Below are positions 1-9,972 of a DNA stretch of 64,000 bases, in pieces; positions within the stretch are counted from its first letter, which is position 1; the number at the start of each line of letters is the position of its first letter. The notes under the pieces are model-generated. The model had not been told where the DNA came from. It searched no databases and saw nothing but the letters and a program-made list of their open reading frames with translations. The position numbers and the translations under genes are program-made. This DNA comes from Candidatus Micrarchaeota archaeon (lineage in GTDB: Archaea; Micrarchaeota; Micrarchaeia; Anstonellales; Bilamarchaeaceae). Location of the stretch: contig JAHJCT010000030.1 of NCBI GenBank assembly GCA_018812715.1, positions 23,318 through 87,317 on the forward strand, written 5' to 3'.

Positions 1-5
1 TTGTA

Positions 6-539
6 ATGAGTATATTATTCATAATTGCACCAGAAAAGTTTAGGGATGAGGAGCTATTACATACGCAGCAAGTTCTTGAAAATTACGGGAAAAATACGGT
101 AGTAGCAAGTACAAAAAAAGGAACATGTACTGGCGTACTGGGAGCAAAGATTGAATCTACACTTAACTTATCAGAAGTAAATGTTGACGAATATGATGCA
201 ATAGTATTTGTTGGGGGTCAGGGGACGCCAATAATAAGGAACAGCGATGAAGCTACTAGGATTACAAAGGAAGCAGATCAAAAAGGTAAGATTGTTGCTG
301 CTATATGCTGGGCACCTACCATCCTTGCAAAAGCAGGCATTCTAAAGGAGAGAAAAGCAACGGTGTGGGTTGGAAATGACGCTGAATATGGAAAAACTAC
401 TGACAAAGTACTTGAGGATTATGGAGCAAAATATGTTGCAAAAGCAGTAGTTGTTGATGGGAATATAGTAACTGCTGATGGTCCGGGATCTGCACGACAA
501 TTTGGAGAGGAAATTGCAAAATTATTGAATTCCAAATAA
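6..539 (+). CDS. DJ-1/PfpI family protein
   Basis: 177-aa ORF; VFVGGQG and nucleophile-elbow AAICWAP motifs typical of the DJ-1/PfpI fold. Confidence 0.8.
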   Translation: MSILFIIAPEKFRDEELLHTQQVLENYGKNTVVASTKKGTCTGVLGAKIESTLNLSEVNVDEYDAIVFVGGQGTPIIRNSDEATRITKEADQKGKIVAAICWAPTILAKAGILKERKATVWVGNDAEYGKTTDKVLEDYGAKYVAKAVVVDGNIVTADGPGSARQFGEEIAKLLNSK

Positions 540-1796
540 AGAACCATGATTTGCATCGGCTATTTTAACAGTAACAAAATCGCCTAATTTTCCTTTAAAA
601 TTACGTACTACGACTTGCTGATAATTGATGTTTCTCCCCTTAAAATCAGGAGATTTTTCTGTTATAAGAACCTCGTATTCCTTTCCTATATACATTTTTC
701 TTCTTTTTTCACTTATTTTTCTGACTAGTTCGCTGGTTTCTTTGCTTCTTCTCTTGATCTCATCGTTGTGGAGCTGGGTAAGTTCTTTTGCTTTTGTGCC
801 TGGCCGTGGACTGAATTTGGAAACATTTGTAGTATCCGGTTCTATTTCTTTAAGGAGGTTCAATGTTTGCTGAAAATCCTCTTCAGTTTCTGTAGGATAG
901 CCAACAATTATATCAGTAGCAATACTAACTTCTGGAATATTTAGCCTCAGTACTTTCACAATATCTATAAAATCCTTAATTGTATGATCACGATTCATTT
1001 CCTTGCATACCTTTTCGCTACCTGTTTGGACAGGAATGTGGAGGAATTTGTAGAATCTCCCGTGTTTTAACTTCGATATTATGTCTGGCAGCATTCTTTT
1101 TGCATGATCTGGATTTATCATCCCTAATCTTACTAAAAAGCGCTCATCTGTTTTTGTATCGCTTATTATTGCTTCGAGTAATTTGATTAGATTTGTTTTC
1201 AGATCAAGACCATAAGCACCAGAATCCATGCTCGTTAATTGTATTTCTCTTGCACCGTTGTTCACACTTTTATTTATCCATTTTACTATTGTTTTTGGAG
1301 AATAACTATGAAGAAAAGGCCGGGCAAATTTAGTTTGGCAGTAATGGCAGGAAGAAACGCAACCATCGTTTATTGGAATTCTCATAATAGGCGAACTGAA
1401 GGTTTTAGGCAGTAATTCTTTTGATTGAAAAACATTGTAAAAAGAAGGATTTTGTAATAGTGCATCATTCACTGCATCACATATTGATTTCAGCGAAGAA
1501 GGAGTAATTATTGGAGCCAATGGAGCAAATCTACGGATTTTTTTCTCATTTGCAGAGATGCAACCAGCTACAACAAATTTTTTGTTAGATTTCCTAAGAG
1601 TTTTGATATATTCAAAAATTTTGTTTTCTGTTGCTCCTTTGACAGTGCATGTGTTCAAAATGATGACATCGCTTTCTTCTTCATTATCAACTATCTGATA
1701 TTTTTCTTTGAGTAGTGCTCTCAGAATATCTGAATCAGCCTGGTTCAAAGTACAACCATAAGTTCTGATAAAGACCTTAGGCATATCATCAGCCAA
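522..1796 (-). CDS. Radical-SAM methylthiotransferase, MiaB/RimO family (archaeal CDKAL1-like tRNA modifier)
   Basis: N-terminal FIRTYGCTLNQADS, LNTCTV and AGC cysteines; radical-SAM CxxxCxxC (CVSSCHYC); C-terminal TRAM-like GDFVTVKI. Confidence 0.85.
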   Translation of the reverse strand: MADDMPKVFIRTYGCTLNQADSDILRALLKEKYQIVDNEEESDVIILNTCTVKGATENKIFEYIKTLRKSNKKFVVAGCISANEKKIRRFAPLAPIITPSSLKSICDAVNDALLQNPSFYNVFQSKELLPKTFSSPIMRIPINDGCVSSCHYCQTKFARPFLHSYSPKTIVKWINKSVNNGAREIQLTSMDSGAYGLDLKTNLIKLLEAIISDTKTDERFLVRLGMINPDHAKRMLPDIISKLKHGRFYKFLHIPVQTGSEKVCKEMNRDHTIKDFIDIVKVLRLNIPEVSIATDIIVGYPTETEEDFQQTLNLLKEIEPDTTNVSKFSPRPGTKAKELTQLHNDEIKRRSKETSELVRKISEKRRKMYIGKEYEVLITEKSPDFKGRNINYQQVVVRNFKGKLGDFVTVKIADANHGSLFGIQ

Positions 1797-3276
1797 GGAA
1801 ACCGCTTAAACTTGGGTACATATCAAATGCTTTCATTTGCTCGAGTTGTTCGTACATCCTATGTAGAATACCTACAGTAAGAAGGATACCGGTTCCAGTA
1901 CCAAGAGCGCCTGTAAGATCAGCAATACCTGCAAGAAGACCAACACAAAAGGAACCCATAACAGTGAGCGGGAATATGTGTTTATTGAGAATTGTTTCTA
2001 ACATTCTTGGATCTCTTCTGAAGCCAGGTATTTGAATACCTGATTCGCTAAGCTGGCCCGCTACACTCTTAGCGTCCATATTTGCTGTTTCCACCCAGAA
2101 CATACCAAACATTACAGAAACAAAAGAAAGCATGATTATATAGACGATGGCATGCATCCACTCTGGGATACCAAAAAGACTTGTAGATGCATTGGAAAGA
2201 AAATTCCAGTGCTCAACTGTGGTTCTTCCAGCACCGTAGACTGGAGTAAACATGTACAGAAGACCATCCCTAAGTTGACCTTGGGCATCAACATAGCCGA
2301 TTAATGGGAGGATTCCATGCGTTCCAAAGTCATAACCACCAGAAAAGTCAAGATAAGGATTGGTATTTTCATCGTAATATTGGCCAGTTAGAATGCCGCC
2401 AGAAAATAGCTGAATATTGATTATTAAGGCGCTTGCAAATATAACTGGGATATTGGAAACATAGAAGAATTTTAAGGGTAATTTTGGCACCATGCCACGA
2501 AAGCGCTGGAAGGCAATCGGTATCTCCACTTTAACTGATTCTGCATAAACAACTGTTAGAAAGACAAGAATAGTAAAGGCAAACGGAAGTATTGCAAGAA
2601 GACCATTAGGTAATGCCTCTGCACCACCTTCAGCCATTATGGCAATAAAACCTGTAGATGAGTTAAAGATAAGACTTACAACACCCATGAAGACGGCAAG
2701 TGATACACCGGCAGCTATGAACAGGCTTATACCACTCCCTATACCATATTTAGTAGTAAGCTCATCAAGGAAAAGTATGATAACAGAACCAACAGTTACC
2801 TGAAAGACTACGAGCAGCATTAAGATTAATGGATCAATGCCTGCAATTGAAGCTACTGGAACAATTTTAGCAACCATTACGAATACTACTGCTTCTACAA
2901 GTGCTAAAAGAATTGCAAGAACCTTCTGGGTTTCTAAGAATTTTGCTTTATCGTTTTTATTTTTTAGATCTAAATCGATAAGGCCAGCACCTGAGAAAAG
3001 TTGGAGAAATATACTTGACAGTACAATAGGGCCGATACCAGTAGTTAGAAGACTTCCTATTCTTGAAGCAGTTATTGTCTGAAGAAAATCAAGCCCGCCA
3101 GAGATATGTGGAACACCAAAGGCAGTAGTTTGATACAACATGAAGTAAAGTACGAGTACAACACCAGTCCAGATAAGCCTATCTTTTACTGCAAGGGGCT
3201 TATCCGGTGCTTTTATTTTAGGGAGATATTTCGAAAACGAATGAACCAAGTTAATTAAAGACATTAGAAAATCCAA
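1789..3276 (-). CDS. secY: Preprotein translocase subunit SecY
   Basis: 495-aa, about 10-TM protein directly downstream of L15, the conserved archaeal position; sequence is SecY/Sec61alpha-like. Confidence 0.92.
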   Translation of the reverse strand: MDFLMSLINLVHSFSKYLPKIKAPDKPLAVKDRLIWTGVVLVLYFMLYQTTAFGVPHISGGLDFLQTITASRIGSLLTTGIGPIVLSSIFLQLFSGAGLIDLDLKNKNDKAKFLETQKVLAILLALVEAVVFVMVAKIVPVASIAGIDPLILMLLVVFQVTVGSVIILFLDELTTKYGIGSGISLFIAAGVSLAVFMGVVSLIFNSSTGFIAIMAEGGAEALPNGLLAILPFAFTILVFLTVVYAESVKVEIPIAFQRFRGMVPKLPLKFFYVSNIPVIFASALIINIQLFSGGILTGQYYDENTNPYLDFSGGYDFGTHGILPLIGYVDAQGQLRDGLLYMFTPVYGAGRTTVEHWNFLSNASTSLFGIPEWMHAIVYIIMLSFVSVMFGMFWVETANMDAKSVAGQLSESGIQIPGFRRDPRMLETILNKHIFPLTVMGSFCVGLLAGIADLTGALGTGTGILLTVGILHRMYEQLEQMKAFDMYPSLSGFLG

Positions 3277-3311
3277 CCTCAGGTAGTATGCTTAAATCAT
3301 ATTTATAAAAG

Positions 3312-3725
3312 TCACGATTTAAGTTTGGAGATTTCTCCACCGACTTCTTTGAGCTTCTTTTCAACATTTTTACTCCAGGAAACCGCTTTTATGGAAAGAG
3401 GAACTGAAACAGAACCAGTAGCAAGAACTTTACCATCGAATTCGAAAAGATATTTGTCATCTTTTTTCTTTAATTCATGTGTTATTGCTCTTTGGTTTAT
3501 CTCAAAAAGATTGATCGCATTGACCCTTGTTTTGTTTGGTCTTGAAAAGCCATGTTTGCTGTAATAGTTTTTATCAACATTCATGGCCCAGCTCCATTTG
3601 TGTTTATCGATACCTGCTTTACCTGTACCACCACGGCAACCAGATCCACGTCTATTTTTTGTATTGCCTGCTCCGTGGCTTCTTGTACCTAAGTATTTCC
3701 TTGTTTTCTTTCCTTTTCTGGCCAT
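3312..3725 (-). CDS. rpl15: 50S ribosomal protein L15 (uL15)
   Basis: GTRSHGAGNTKNRRGSGCRGGTGKAG glycine-rich N-terminus; position between L30 and SecY. Confidence 0.9.
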   Translation of the reverse strand: MARKGKKTRKYLGTRSHGAGNTKNRRGSGCRGGTGKAGIDKHKWSWAMNVDKNYYSKHGFSRPNKTRVNAINLFEINQRAITHELKKKDDKYLFEFDGKVLATGSVSVPLSIKAVSWSKNVEKKLKEVGGEISKLKS

Positions 3726-4156
3726 CAGATCATCCTCCTCAGAAGTGAATCCATTTCTTGTCGTTTACCCAAATCGCCTTTGGGATAATGAGATTTAGTA
3801 TCTTTATAGCCTTTTGAAGGAGGCCTAAGCCTAAAGACTGGATTTACAAATTCTATTGCCTTTTTTCCAGAAGAGATTTCAGTTGCTACTTGTTTGATTT
3901 CTTCTTCTTTCATGACTGCACGCAGTAATTTTCGGCCTTTCTTGCCTCTCTTACACAGTAATTTGAATATGGTTACCTCTTCAACAGGTCCAAAAGTGAC
4001 ATAATCCTTTACAATATTCAACATACCTATGTTCTGGGCGCTATCGTCCAGTAGTATGCAGTGATTGGGCCTTTCAAGACGTAAAAGACCAAGTGTCTTT
4101 TCTATGTTGGGACTTATTTTTCTCCTGCCTCTAATGCGAATAACTGCTAATTTCAT
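3725..4156 (-). CDS. rpl30: 50S ribosomal protein L30 (uL30)
   Basis: MKLAVIRIRG start typical of L30; operon position between S5 and L15. Confidence 0.9.
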   Translation of the reverse strand: MKLAVIRIRGRRKISPNIEKTLGLLRLERPNHCILLDDSAQNIGMLNIVKDYVTFGPVEEVTIFKLLCKRGKKGRKLLRAVMKEEEIKQVATEISSGKKAIEFVNPVFRLRPPSKGYKDTKSHYPKGDLGKRQEMDSLLRRMI

Positions 4157-4166
4157 TATTATCTCC

Positions 4167-4805
4167 TCATTCCGCTCGTGGTTTTAACAAATTAATATTA
4201 TCAAGTGCATTTATTGTGGCTGCGGCCATGTTGTAAACATTTTTACCTCCATGACATGAACTCCAAACATCCTTTACGCCAGCCATGGTAAGTACTTTTT
4301 TCACAACATCATTACCAGCAAGACCAAGACCTCGTGGTGCAGGCTGTAGAGTAACTGTAGTGCTTCCCTCTTTTCCCTCTGTTTTAGAAGGAAGAGAATG
4401 TCCGACTGAACACTTACATTCCCAACTACCGCAACCGGTTTTTATGCTTACCATATTTTTCTTTGCATCTTTGATAGCATAATCCAAAGCAGGTTTGAGT
4501 TCTTCACTCTTTCCCACTCCAAGACCTACGTGGCCTTTTCTATCGCCAATAACAGTAACAACTCGGAATTTTACTCTTTTTCCTGAGTCTGTTACTCTCT
4601 GGGTAGTATTAATCTTGAGAGTTTCAGATTCTAGATCTGGAAACAACGCATCAATGATTTCTGGTTCAAGGATTGGTTTACCAATATTGACAATTTCTTC
4701 AAATGTTGTTATTTCTCCTGCTTTTACTTTTTTGCCTATCCTAGATTTTGGTTCCCAGGATTCCTTATCTACTGTTCTTACTTTTTCAGCCATAAAAATA
4801 ATCAC
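4167..4805 (-). CDS. rps5: 30S ribosomal protein S5 (uS5)
   Basis: RVKFRVVTVIGDRKGHVGLGVGKS motif; operon position. True start may be the internal MAEKV (4793). Confidence 0.9.
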   Translation of the reverse strand: MIIFMAEKVRTVDKESWEPKSRIGKKVKAGEITTFEEIVNIGKPILEPEIIDALFPDLESETLKINTTQRVTDSGKRVKFRVVTVIGDRKGHVGLGVGKSEELKPALDYAIKDAKKNMVSIKTGCGSWECKCSVGHSLPSKTEGKEGSTTVTLQPAPRGLGLAGNDVVKKVLTMAGVKDVWSSCHGGKNVYNMAAATINALDNINLLKPRAE

Positions 4806-5296
4806 CCTGCAATTTTACTCTTTAGATCATCAAATACTGTCTTGTATTTCTCTGGTGGATTGGAAAGCTTATTCTCAGGTATTTTTTCATTATCGCAATT
4901 TACTTTAATGCCAGAGTCCAAAGCACCCTTGAGAGCAGCAAAAACCAATGAACCTTTTGAAGGAACGTACATCCCCATATCAAACACAAAATCTTTGATG
5001 CCTTTTTCTTGTGCCAACTTACCTGCCATGAGGCCGACGAGATAAGCAGTCCAAACATTTCTCTTTGCAGGCCATTTATATTGCTTGGCAAGATGTCTTC
5101 CAGTAACTGTAATTAATGTTTTGTCTCCTTGTGGATCAAAATTGATGAATTGAACAATAATATTAGTATTACTCCTTCTTACTACCATTCTTGTCTTACC
5201 GCTCTTGATCAGAGCAAGTCTCTTGACATAATTGGTTTTGCCTTCTCTGCGTCTCCTAGGATAAAGTTTGAATTTTGGTCCTTTAGCTCTTGTCAT
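4802..5296 (-). CDS. rpl18: 50S ribosomal protein L18 (uL18)
   Basis: GKTNYVKRLALIKSGKTRMVVRRSNTNIIVQ motif; operon position. Confidence 0.9.
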   Translation of the reverse strand: MTRAKGPKFKLYPRRRREGKTNYVKRLALIKSGKTRMVVRRSNTNIIVQFINFDPQGDKTLITVTGRHLAKQYKWPAKRNVWTAYLVGLMAGKLAQEKGIKDFVFDMGMYVPSKGSLVFAALKGALDSGIKVNCDNEKIPENKLSNPPEKYKTVFDDLKSKIAG

Positions 5297-5777
5297 TTGC
5301 CTTCACCTTCTTTTTAATTACCGGCTTCGCCTTTTGTTCAATTGCCTGCTTCGGCAACTCATAATCTTCAGGAATCAGCTTGTTATCTTTTAGATATAGA
5401 AGCATTGCATTCTTGCTTCTGAAAATACCGCTTTTAATTTTTGCATAAAGCTGTCTTTTATTATCTATATTTAGTACATTTGTTCCGATAAGCAATCTAA
5501 GGAGTTTTCTTTGTGCGCGAACTTTTTGCATCCAGTAAGTTTTAGTATTCCTGATTCGTCCTTTTTTGCTACCTGGACCCCTGCGCTTCTTTTTCTTTTT
5601 GCCAAGTCTTCCTTTAGGCTTGATTTTTGATACAACACCTTTATCGATAAGACCTTTAACATCGGCCCTGGTTAAGGCTCCTTCAGCATCCTTTAATCCA
5701 TCAGGTGATATGCGAACCTTGTTTTTTCCAATACCGAATATATCAGCAGCGAGTCTTCTTACAGTTGAAATCGTCAT
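5283..5777 (-). CDS. rpl19e: 50S ribosomal protein L19e
   Basis: TVRRLAADIFGIGKNKVRISPD N-terminus is L19e-like; operon position. Confidence 0.9.
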   Translation of the reverse strand: MTISTVRRLAADIFGIGKNKVRISPDGLKDAEGALTRADVKGLIDKGVVSKIKPKGRLGKKKKKRRGPGSKKGRIRNTKTYWMQKVRAQRKLLRLLIGTNVLNIDNKRQLYAKIKSGIFRSKNAMLLYLKDNKLIPEDYELPKQAIEQKAKPVIKKKVKANDKS

Positions 5778-6142
5778 GATTTAGCACCTTTAAATTTCTT
5801 TTTCTGGCCCCGTATGTTTGCTATTTTGAGTTTCAATGATTTTGCCTTCTCTTCTATAAGTTTTCTTTTTTGTGCACCTACAGATGAAGATATACGAACA
5901 GTAACATCGTTGAGTCCATCAAGTTCCTTCACATTATGTACAAGCACTTCTTTGCTTCCATTGGGATGAAGTCCACGAATAGCTTTTGGATTGCGGTAAC
6001 CAATGCAGGGTAATGCACCAGTCCATGCAAATTTCATACGTTTTTTGTTGTGAGTACCTCTCGGTTTTCTCCAGCGGTCTTTTACTTTTTTAAAGAAACC
6101 GAGATTGAGAACATTAAACTTTGGTTTTTTCTTCTTTTCCAT
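5774..6142 (-). CDS. rpl32e: 50S ribosomal protein L32e
   Basis: WRKPRGTHNKKR and IGYRNPKAIRGLHPNG motifs; operon position. Confidence 0.9.
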   Translation of the reverse strand: MEKKKKPKFNVLNLGFFKKVKDRWRKPRGTHNKKRMKFAWTGALPCIGYRNPKAIRGLHPNGSKEVLVHNVKELDGLNDVTVRISSSVGAQKRKLIEEKAKSLKLKIANIRGQKKKFKGAKS

Positions 6143-6144
6143 AA

Positions 6145-6642
6145 TTATCCACCATCTTCGTATATACCATCTTGGAAAATTCTTGCATCCCTTTCCTTTA
6201 TCTTAAGGGCGATTCTCATATTAGCTACTGTTTGGCCCACTGCTTCTTTATCTAAACCAGAAACAGTAACATTTTGACCTTTTACCTCTATTTTAGTATT
6301 GCCCACTAAGGCTGCTTTACGGGGTTGTTTTTCCCCAAGGAAATTTTTGATTAATATTTGTGTTCCTTTTATTTCAATTGAAACGGGAAAATGTGCATAA
6401 AGCACCTTGAGTTTTTTTGTATAACCATCAGTAACGCCTTTCACCATGCTCGTAACAATTGATTCAATCGTACCTGCAAGAGCCGGACTTTTTGTAGAAA
6501 TTTTAACCTCATTAGCCTCAACAGTCAAAGCAACTCTTTTTGAAAATGATTTTTTGAGTTCGCCAATTGGCCCTTTGACAGTGACAACATGATTGTCAAC
6601 AGAGACATTTATTCCTTCGGGTATTTTTATCATTGAGAACAC
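6145..6642 (-). CDS. rpl6: 50S ribosomal protein L6 (uL6)
   Basis: IKIPEGINVSVDNHVVTVKGPIGELK duplicated-domain pattern; operon position. Confidence 0.9.
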   Translation of the reverse strand: MFSMIKIPEGINVSVDNHVVTVKGPIGELKKSFSKRVALTVEANEVKISTKSPALAGTIESIVTSMVKGVTDGYTKKLKVLYAHFPVSIEIKGTQILIKNFLGEKQPRKAALVGNTKIEVKGQNVTVSGLDKEAVGQTVANMRIALKIKERDARIFQDGIYEDGG

Positions 6643-7023
6643 CTAGTAAACATAGGCCAGAAGTCTTCCGCCCACGTGCTTTTTCTCAGCATCTGCATTA
6701 GTCATAATTCCATTGGATGTAGAAACTATGAGTAGACCAACACCAAACCCAGGAATAAATACCTGTTCTTTCTTGGCCCACTCGTGCCTTCGTACTGGCA
6801 TTCTTGGCTTAATGACACCACAATCATTTATTCTTCCATCAAGGTGAATTTCATAGAATCCACCACGTCCATTGTCTACAAAGTTATAATCTTTCAAATA
6901 TTTATGATCTTTCAGAAGCCTAAGAATTTCGGCTATAAGTTTTGATGCTTTAACTGTACAAACATTTTGTCCAACCAATTCATGTGTTTTGATTGTGTTA
7001 AGTGCATCTGCAAGATGATCCAT
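6643..7023 (-). CDS. rps8: 30S ribosomal protein S8 (uS8)
   Basis: S8-like sequence starts at the internal MDHLADALNTIK (ATG at 7023). The longer tracked ORF (to 7101) overlaps the S14 gene. Confidence 0.88.
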   Translation of the reverse strand: MDHLADALNTIKTHELVGQNVCTVKASKLIAEILRLLKDHKYLKDYNFVDNGRGGFYEIHLDGRINDCGVIKPRMPVRRHEWAKKEQVFIPGFGVGLLIVSTSNGIMTNADAEKKHVGGRLLAYVY

Positions 7024-7027
7024 AATA

Positions 7028-7189
7028 TCAACCTCCATATTTGCGGAACCCGATGTTCTCGGCCATTTCTCTAAAGCATCTTCTGCACACATAAAGACCA
7101 TATTTCCTAATAAGGCCTCTAGAAGTGCTGCAGTTACGGCAGACTCGTGTTCCTTTTCCTTTATATTTTTCTTCTGCTGGTATCTTCAT
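7028..7189 (-). CDS. rps14: 30S ribosomal protein S14 type Z (uS14), zinc-binding
   Basis: Not in the ORF track (53 aa). Manual minus-strand translation: [53 protein letters not shown]. It has CxxC...CxxC and sits exactly between L5 and S8. Confidence 0.9.
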   Translation of the reverse strand: MKIPAEEKYKGKGTRVCRNCSTSRGLIRKYGLYVCRRCFREMAENIGFRKYGG

Positions 7190-7194
7190 AAAAA

Positions 7195-7695
7195 TCACTC
7201 AAATTTGACATCAAAATTGTTTTTCACAAACTCCATTGCTTCTTCTTTGCTTATCCTATGTTTTTTCCCTATTTTAGCACTTTTGAGTTTTCTAAGTGAA
7301 ACCCTTTTTCCAGGCCTAACAAGTGATACGCAAACATCAAAACCATACATTTCCATAGCTGGATCGTATTTTACTCCTGGAAAATCGATGTATTCATGCA
7401 CACCAAAAGAAAGATTACCTTGCTTATCAAAATTTCTCGTATTTAAGATTTTTCTCTTTGCTATTAGGGCTTTTTCAAGGAAAGTTTTTGCTTCTTCTCC
7501 TCTGAGCGTTATCATAGTTCCTATGGCTAGTCCTTTTCTGAGTTTGAATGAAGGTTGTCGTTTTTTTGCATGTGTTTCAACAGGAACTCTATCATCAGTA
7601 AGTTTGCTCAGCAGATTTTTAGCATTATCTAGCCTTTCTCCAGGCTCTCCAACGCCAATATTCACAACAACCTTTTCTATCATTATGTCTCTCAT
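7195..7695 (-). CDS. rpl5: 50S ribosomal protein L5 (uL5)
   Basis: [14 protein letters not shown] motif; operon position. Confidence 0.9.
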   Translation of the reverse strand: MRDIMIEKVVVNIGVGEPGERLDNAKNLLSKLTDDRVPVETHAKKRQPSFKLRKGLAIGTMITLRGEEAKTFLEKALIAKRKILNTRNFDKQGNLSFGVHEYIDFPGVKYDPAMEMYGFDVCVSLVRPGKRVSLRKLKSAKIGKKHRISKEEAMEFVKNNFDVKFE

Positions 7696-8411
7696 GAAGC
7701 TTCACCTTTGAAATCTGCATCAACCACAAAGAGGTAGTCTGCTATAGTGATGAACTCGCCGCCATTTTCTTCTTGCACTAAAGCCTCTGGCGGTTTTCCT
7801 CCTGCACGATTTATTATTTCTTTTAATTTGACCAAAATGCCAGCGTGTTTTCCTTCAATTACCAGGCAACGTGCACCAATTTCTCTTTTAAGATGATTTT
7901 TTATTTTTGCAACAGGCAGAGAAACAAGAACACTGTCACCAACTCTAAGGTGATTATCTGCTATCATGTTTTTTCCATCATGGAACATAACATTGATTTT
8001 TGCACCTTTGAGAGTATGTTTTTTTACGATTTTGAGCAATTTTGTTGAAGATGCTTCTTTCCCTATTTCAAGAGGGAATAATCTTCCTTTACGATCGACC
8101 ATTATACGATAATTAGAATCGCTTTTAGGGATAGAAACAACATCCATCAAACCAACAGGGAACTTTTCGCTGATTCTAATTCTTCCATCTACTTGCACCA
8201 GTCTGTTTGAAAGAATCTTTTTTACTTCTTTTTGCGTTTTTGCTATTTTTATTATGTCTCTCATAAAAACAGCCAAGGGCATAGAATACTTTTTAGGATG
8301 TGGTCCTGGTGAAGATTTGACAATCCAAGTATATGCCTTTTTATCATGCACAGGAATAGCTTTTGGAGTAGCTATTCTTTTCATGTGTTTTTTTCCTCCT
8401 CGTTTTCCCAT
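7692..8411 (-). CDS. rps4e: 30S ribosomal protein S4e
   Basis: GKRGGKKHMKRIATPK N-terminus and KOW-like region; operon position. Confidence 0.9.
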   Translation of the reverse strand: MGKRGGKKHMKRIATPKAIPVHDKKAYTWIVKSSPGPHPKKYSMPLAVFMRDIIKIAKTQKEVKKILSNRLVQVDGRIRISEKFPVGLMDVVSIPKSDSNYRIMVDRKGRLFPLEIGKEASSTKLLKIVKKHTLKGAKINVMFHDGKNMIADNHLRVGDSVLVSLPVAKIKNHLKREIGARCLVIEGKHAGILVKLKEIINRAGGKPPEALVQEENGGEFITIADYLFVVDADFKGEAS

Positions 8412-8418
8412 ACAAATA

Positions 8419-8847
8419 TCACCTTTCTACTTTTTCTTTGGATTCGGTTTTTTCCTCCGTAACCTTTTCTGGTTCAGTTTTTGGTTTTTCTAGCTTGAAA
8501 ACATCTGCAGCAAACATTTTCTTGCGTTCAGGCGTTGCTTCAAGCCCTGTAAGAAGAAGATTAGAAGGGTCGAGTGGGATGAAAACCTCACGGGCACGGG
8601 CATTTGTAACTGTAATACCTTCAAGATAAACTTTTCGTTTCACAACATTTACCTTGCTGATTTTAGCTTCCTTGCCCTTTCTTGGGCCGCGCATTATTTT
8701 TACTGTGTCTCCCTTGCGCACCTGCAATGATCTCTTTTTATTTTTGAGTTTAGCCCTCAACTCCTTTGAGAGGTGGGCACAGATTCGCTTTTTCCTCTTG
8801 TGAAGCTTTTCAGAATAATACTTTTTTCTTTCAGTATCAGATTTCAT
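8419..8847 (-). CDS. rpl24: 50S ribosomal protein L24 (uL24)
   Basis: KOW motif RKGDTVKIMRGPRKGKEAKI; operon position. Confidence 0.9.
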   Translation of the reverse strand: MKSDTERKKYYSEKLHKRKKRICAHLSKELRAKLKNKKRSLQVRKGDTVKIMRGPRKGKEAKISKVNVVKRKVYLEGITVTNARAREVFIPLDPSNLLLTGLEATPERKKMFAADVFKLEKPKTEPEKVTEEKTESKEKVER

Positions 8848-9246
8848 TTATACAACACCTGCAGAGATTGCTGCAACCTTTGGAAATCTTTCTGCTATTT
8901 CTCTAGCAACGACACCTTTGATTTCAGTGCCCAGCGGTAAAAAGTCATCAGTTACAAGAACAACAGCATTGTCTTCAAAAAAGATTCTTGTGCCATTTGC
9001 ACGTCGAAAGTCTTTCTTCTGACGAACAATCAGGGCCTTAACAACCTTTTTGATCATATCTGGTTTGCCTTTTCGCACTGATGCTAATACTATATCCCCC
9101 ACACCAACTTGAGGGTTCCTGCCGCGTGTTCCACGATAACCAAGAGCACCGACAACATAGACTAGTTTTGCCCCACTGTTATCTGAACAGGGAATAACAG
9201 AACCTAAAGTTAGAGTTTTACAAATATTACTTGTGAGCCCTTTCAT
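8848..9246 (-). CDS. rpl14: 50S ribosomal protein L14 (uL14)
   Basis: 132 aa; CSDNSGAK and FEDNAVVL motifs; operon position. Confidence 0.9.
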   Translation of the reverse strand: MKGLTSNICKTLTLGSVIPCSDNSGAKLVYVVGALGYRGTRGRNPQVGVGDIVLASVRKGKPDMIKKVVKALIVRQKKDFRRANGTRIFFEDNAVVLVTDDFLPLGTEIKGVVAREIAERFPKVAAISAGVV

Positions 9247-9527
9247 TTTGTTTCACCTTCAATAAAACCAATGATAGTCCATGATTTTGTTTTGCTTATT
9301 TTTCTCGTTTCTGCAATAGTAACGAGATCACCAACCTTTGCACTTAATGAATCTGGATTATGAACAATAATTCTTGAACGTGTCTTGGCCCATTTACCGT
9401 ATTTTGAAAGATATTTTGTAATATCCCTCTCAACTACTGCTGTTTTTTTACTTTTAGTGCTTATTACACGGCCAGTAAGGGTTTCTCCCCTGATTTTAAG
9501 GCCATCGAATTTTGTGTCTTTTTTCAT
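9243..9527 (-). CDS. rps17: 30S ribosomal protein S17 (uS17)
   Basis: GRVISTKSKKTAVVE and HNPDSLSAKVGDLV motifs; operon position. Confidence 0.9.
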   Translation of the reverse strand: MKKDTKFDGLKIRGETLTGRVISTKSKKTAVVERDITKYLSKYGKWAKTRSRIIVHNPDSLSAKVGDLVTIAETRKISKTKSWTIIGFIEGETK

Positions 9528-9702
9528 TAAACATCACCTTTATTCTATTAAACAACAGATGAATCTTCCCGCAGAACAGAAAGGTGTTCAACTGCTCGGA
9601 CCCCAATGTAGAATCCTATAAGTGTATCCATAAAACGGACTAACCCTATTTTAGGTACAAAGATTTAAAAATGATTAGAGGAGGAAATGAGGGAGTTCAA
9701 TC

Positions 9703-9972
9703 TCAGACTTTTTTTGGCCTTTCATGTGGACGGAAGGTTATATTCTTCCCTTCGACCTCCACAGTTTCGCCCGAGTCGAGGATAAAATTAAAGGTTGATG
9801 ATATTTTTGGAATTTTTATTTCTTTCCCATTTTTTTCTATTACAATGAGATTCTTGGTTTCATCGACAATCTTTCCTTTAAGCCCAATAATATGCCTTTG
9901 GCTGCTATTGACTATTTCTACATCCAGGCCAATAAAAGTAGAATAAAGAAGATTTTTTTTGGTAATTGTCAT
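9703..9972 (-). CDS. rnp1: RNase P protein component 1 (Rpp29/Pop4)
   Basis: 89 aa; FIGLDVEIVNSSQRHIIGLKGKIVDETKNLIVI Sm-like pattern; conserved archaeal position between SUI1/L29 and S17. Confidence 0.8.
   Translation of the reverse strand: MTITKKNLLYSTFIGLDVEIVNSSQRHIIGLKGKIVDETKNLIVIEKNGKEIKIPKISSTFNFILDSGETVEVEGKNITFRPHERPKKV

Noticed and set aside
7205-7711. Long ORFs antisense to well-supported genes (7205..7711 vs L5; 22181..22681 vs thiI; 27944..28651 vs ftsZ; 54519..55106 and 57221..57757 vs coiled-coil genes; 37993..38733 vs SNF2)
   Set aside because: The opposite-strand genes have strong family motifs. The antisense translations are low-complexity S/F/L-rich with no motifs.
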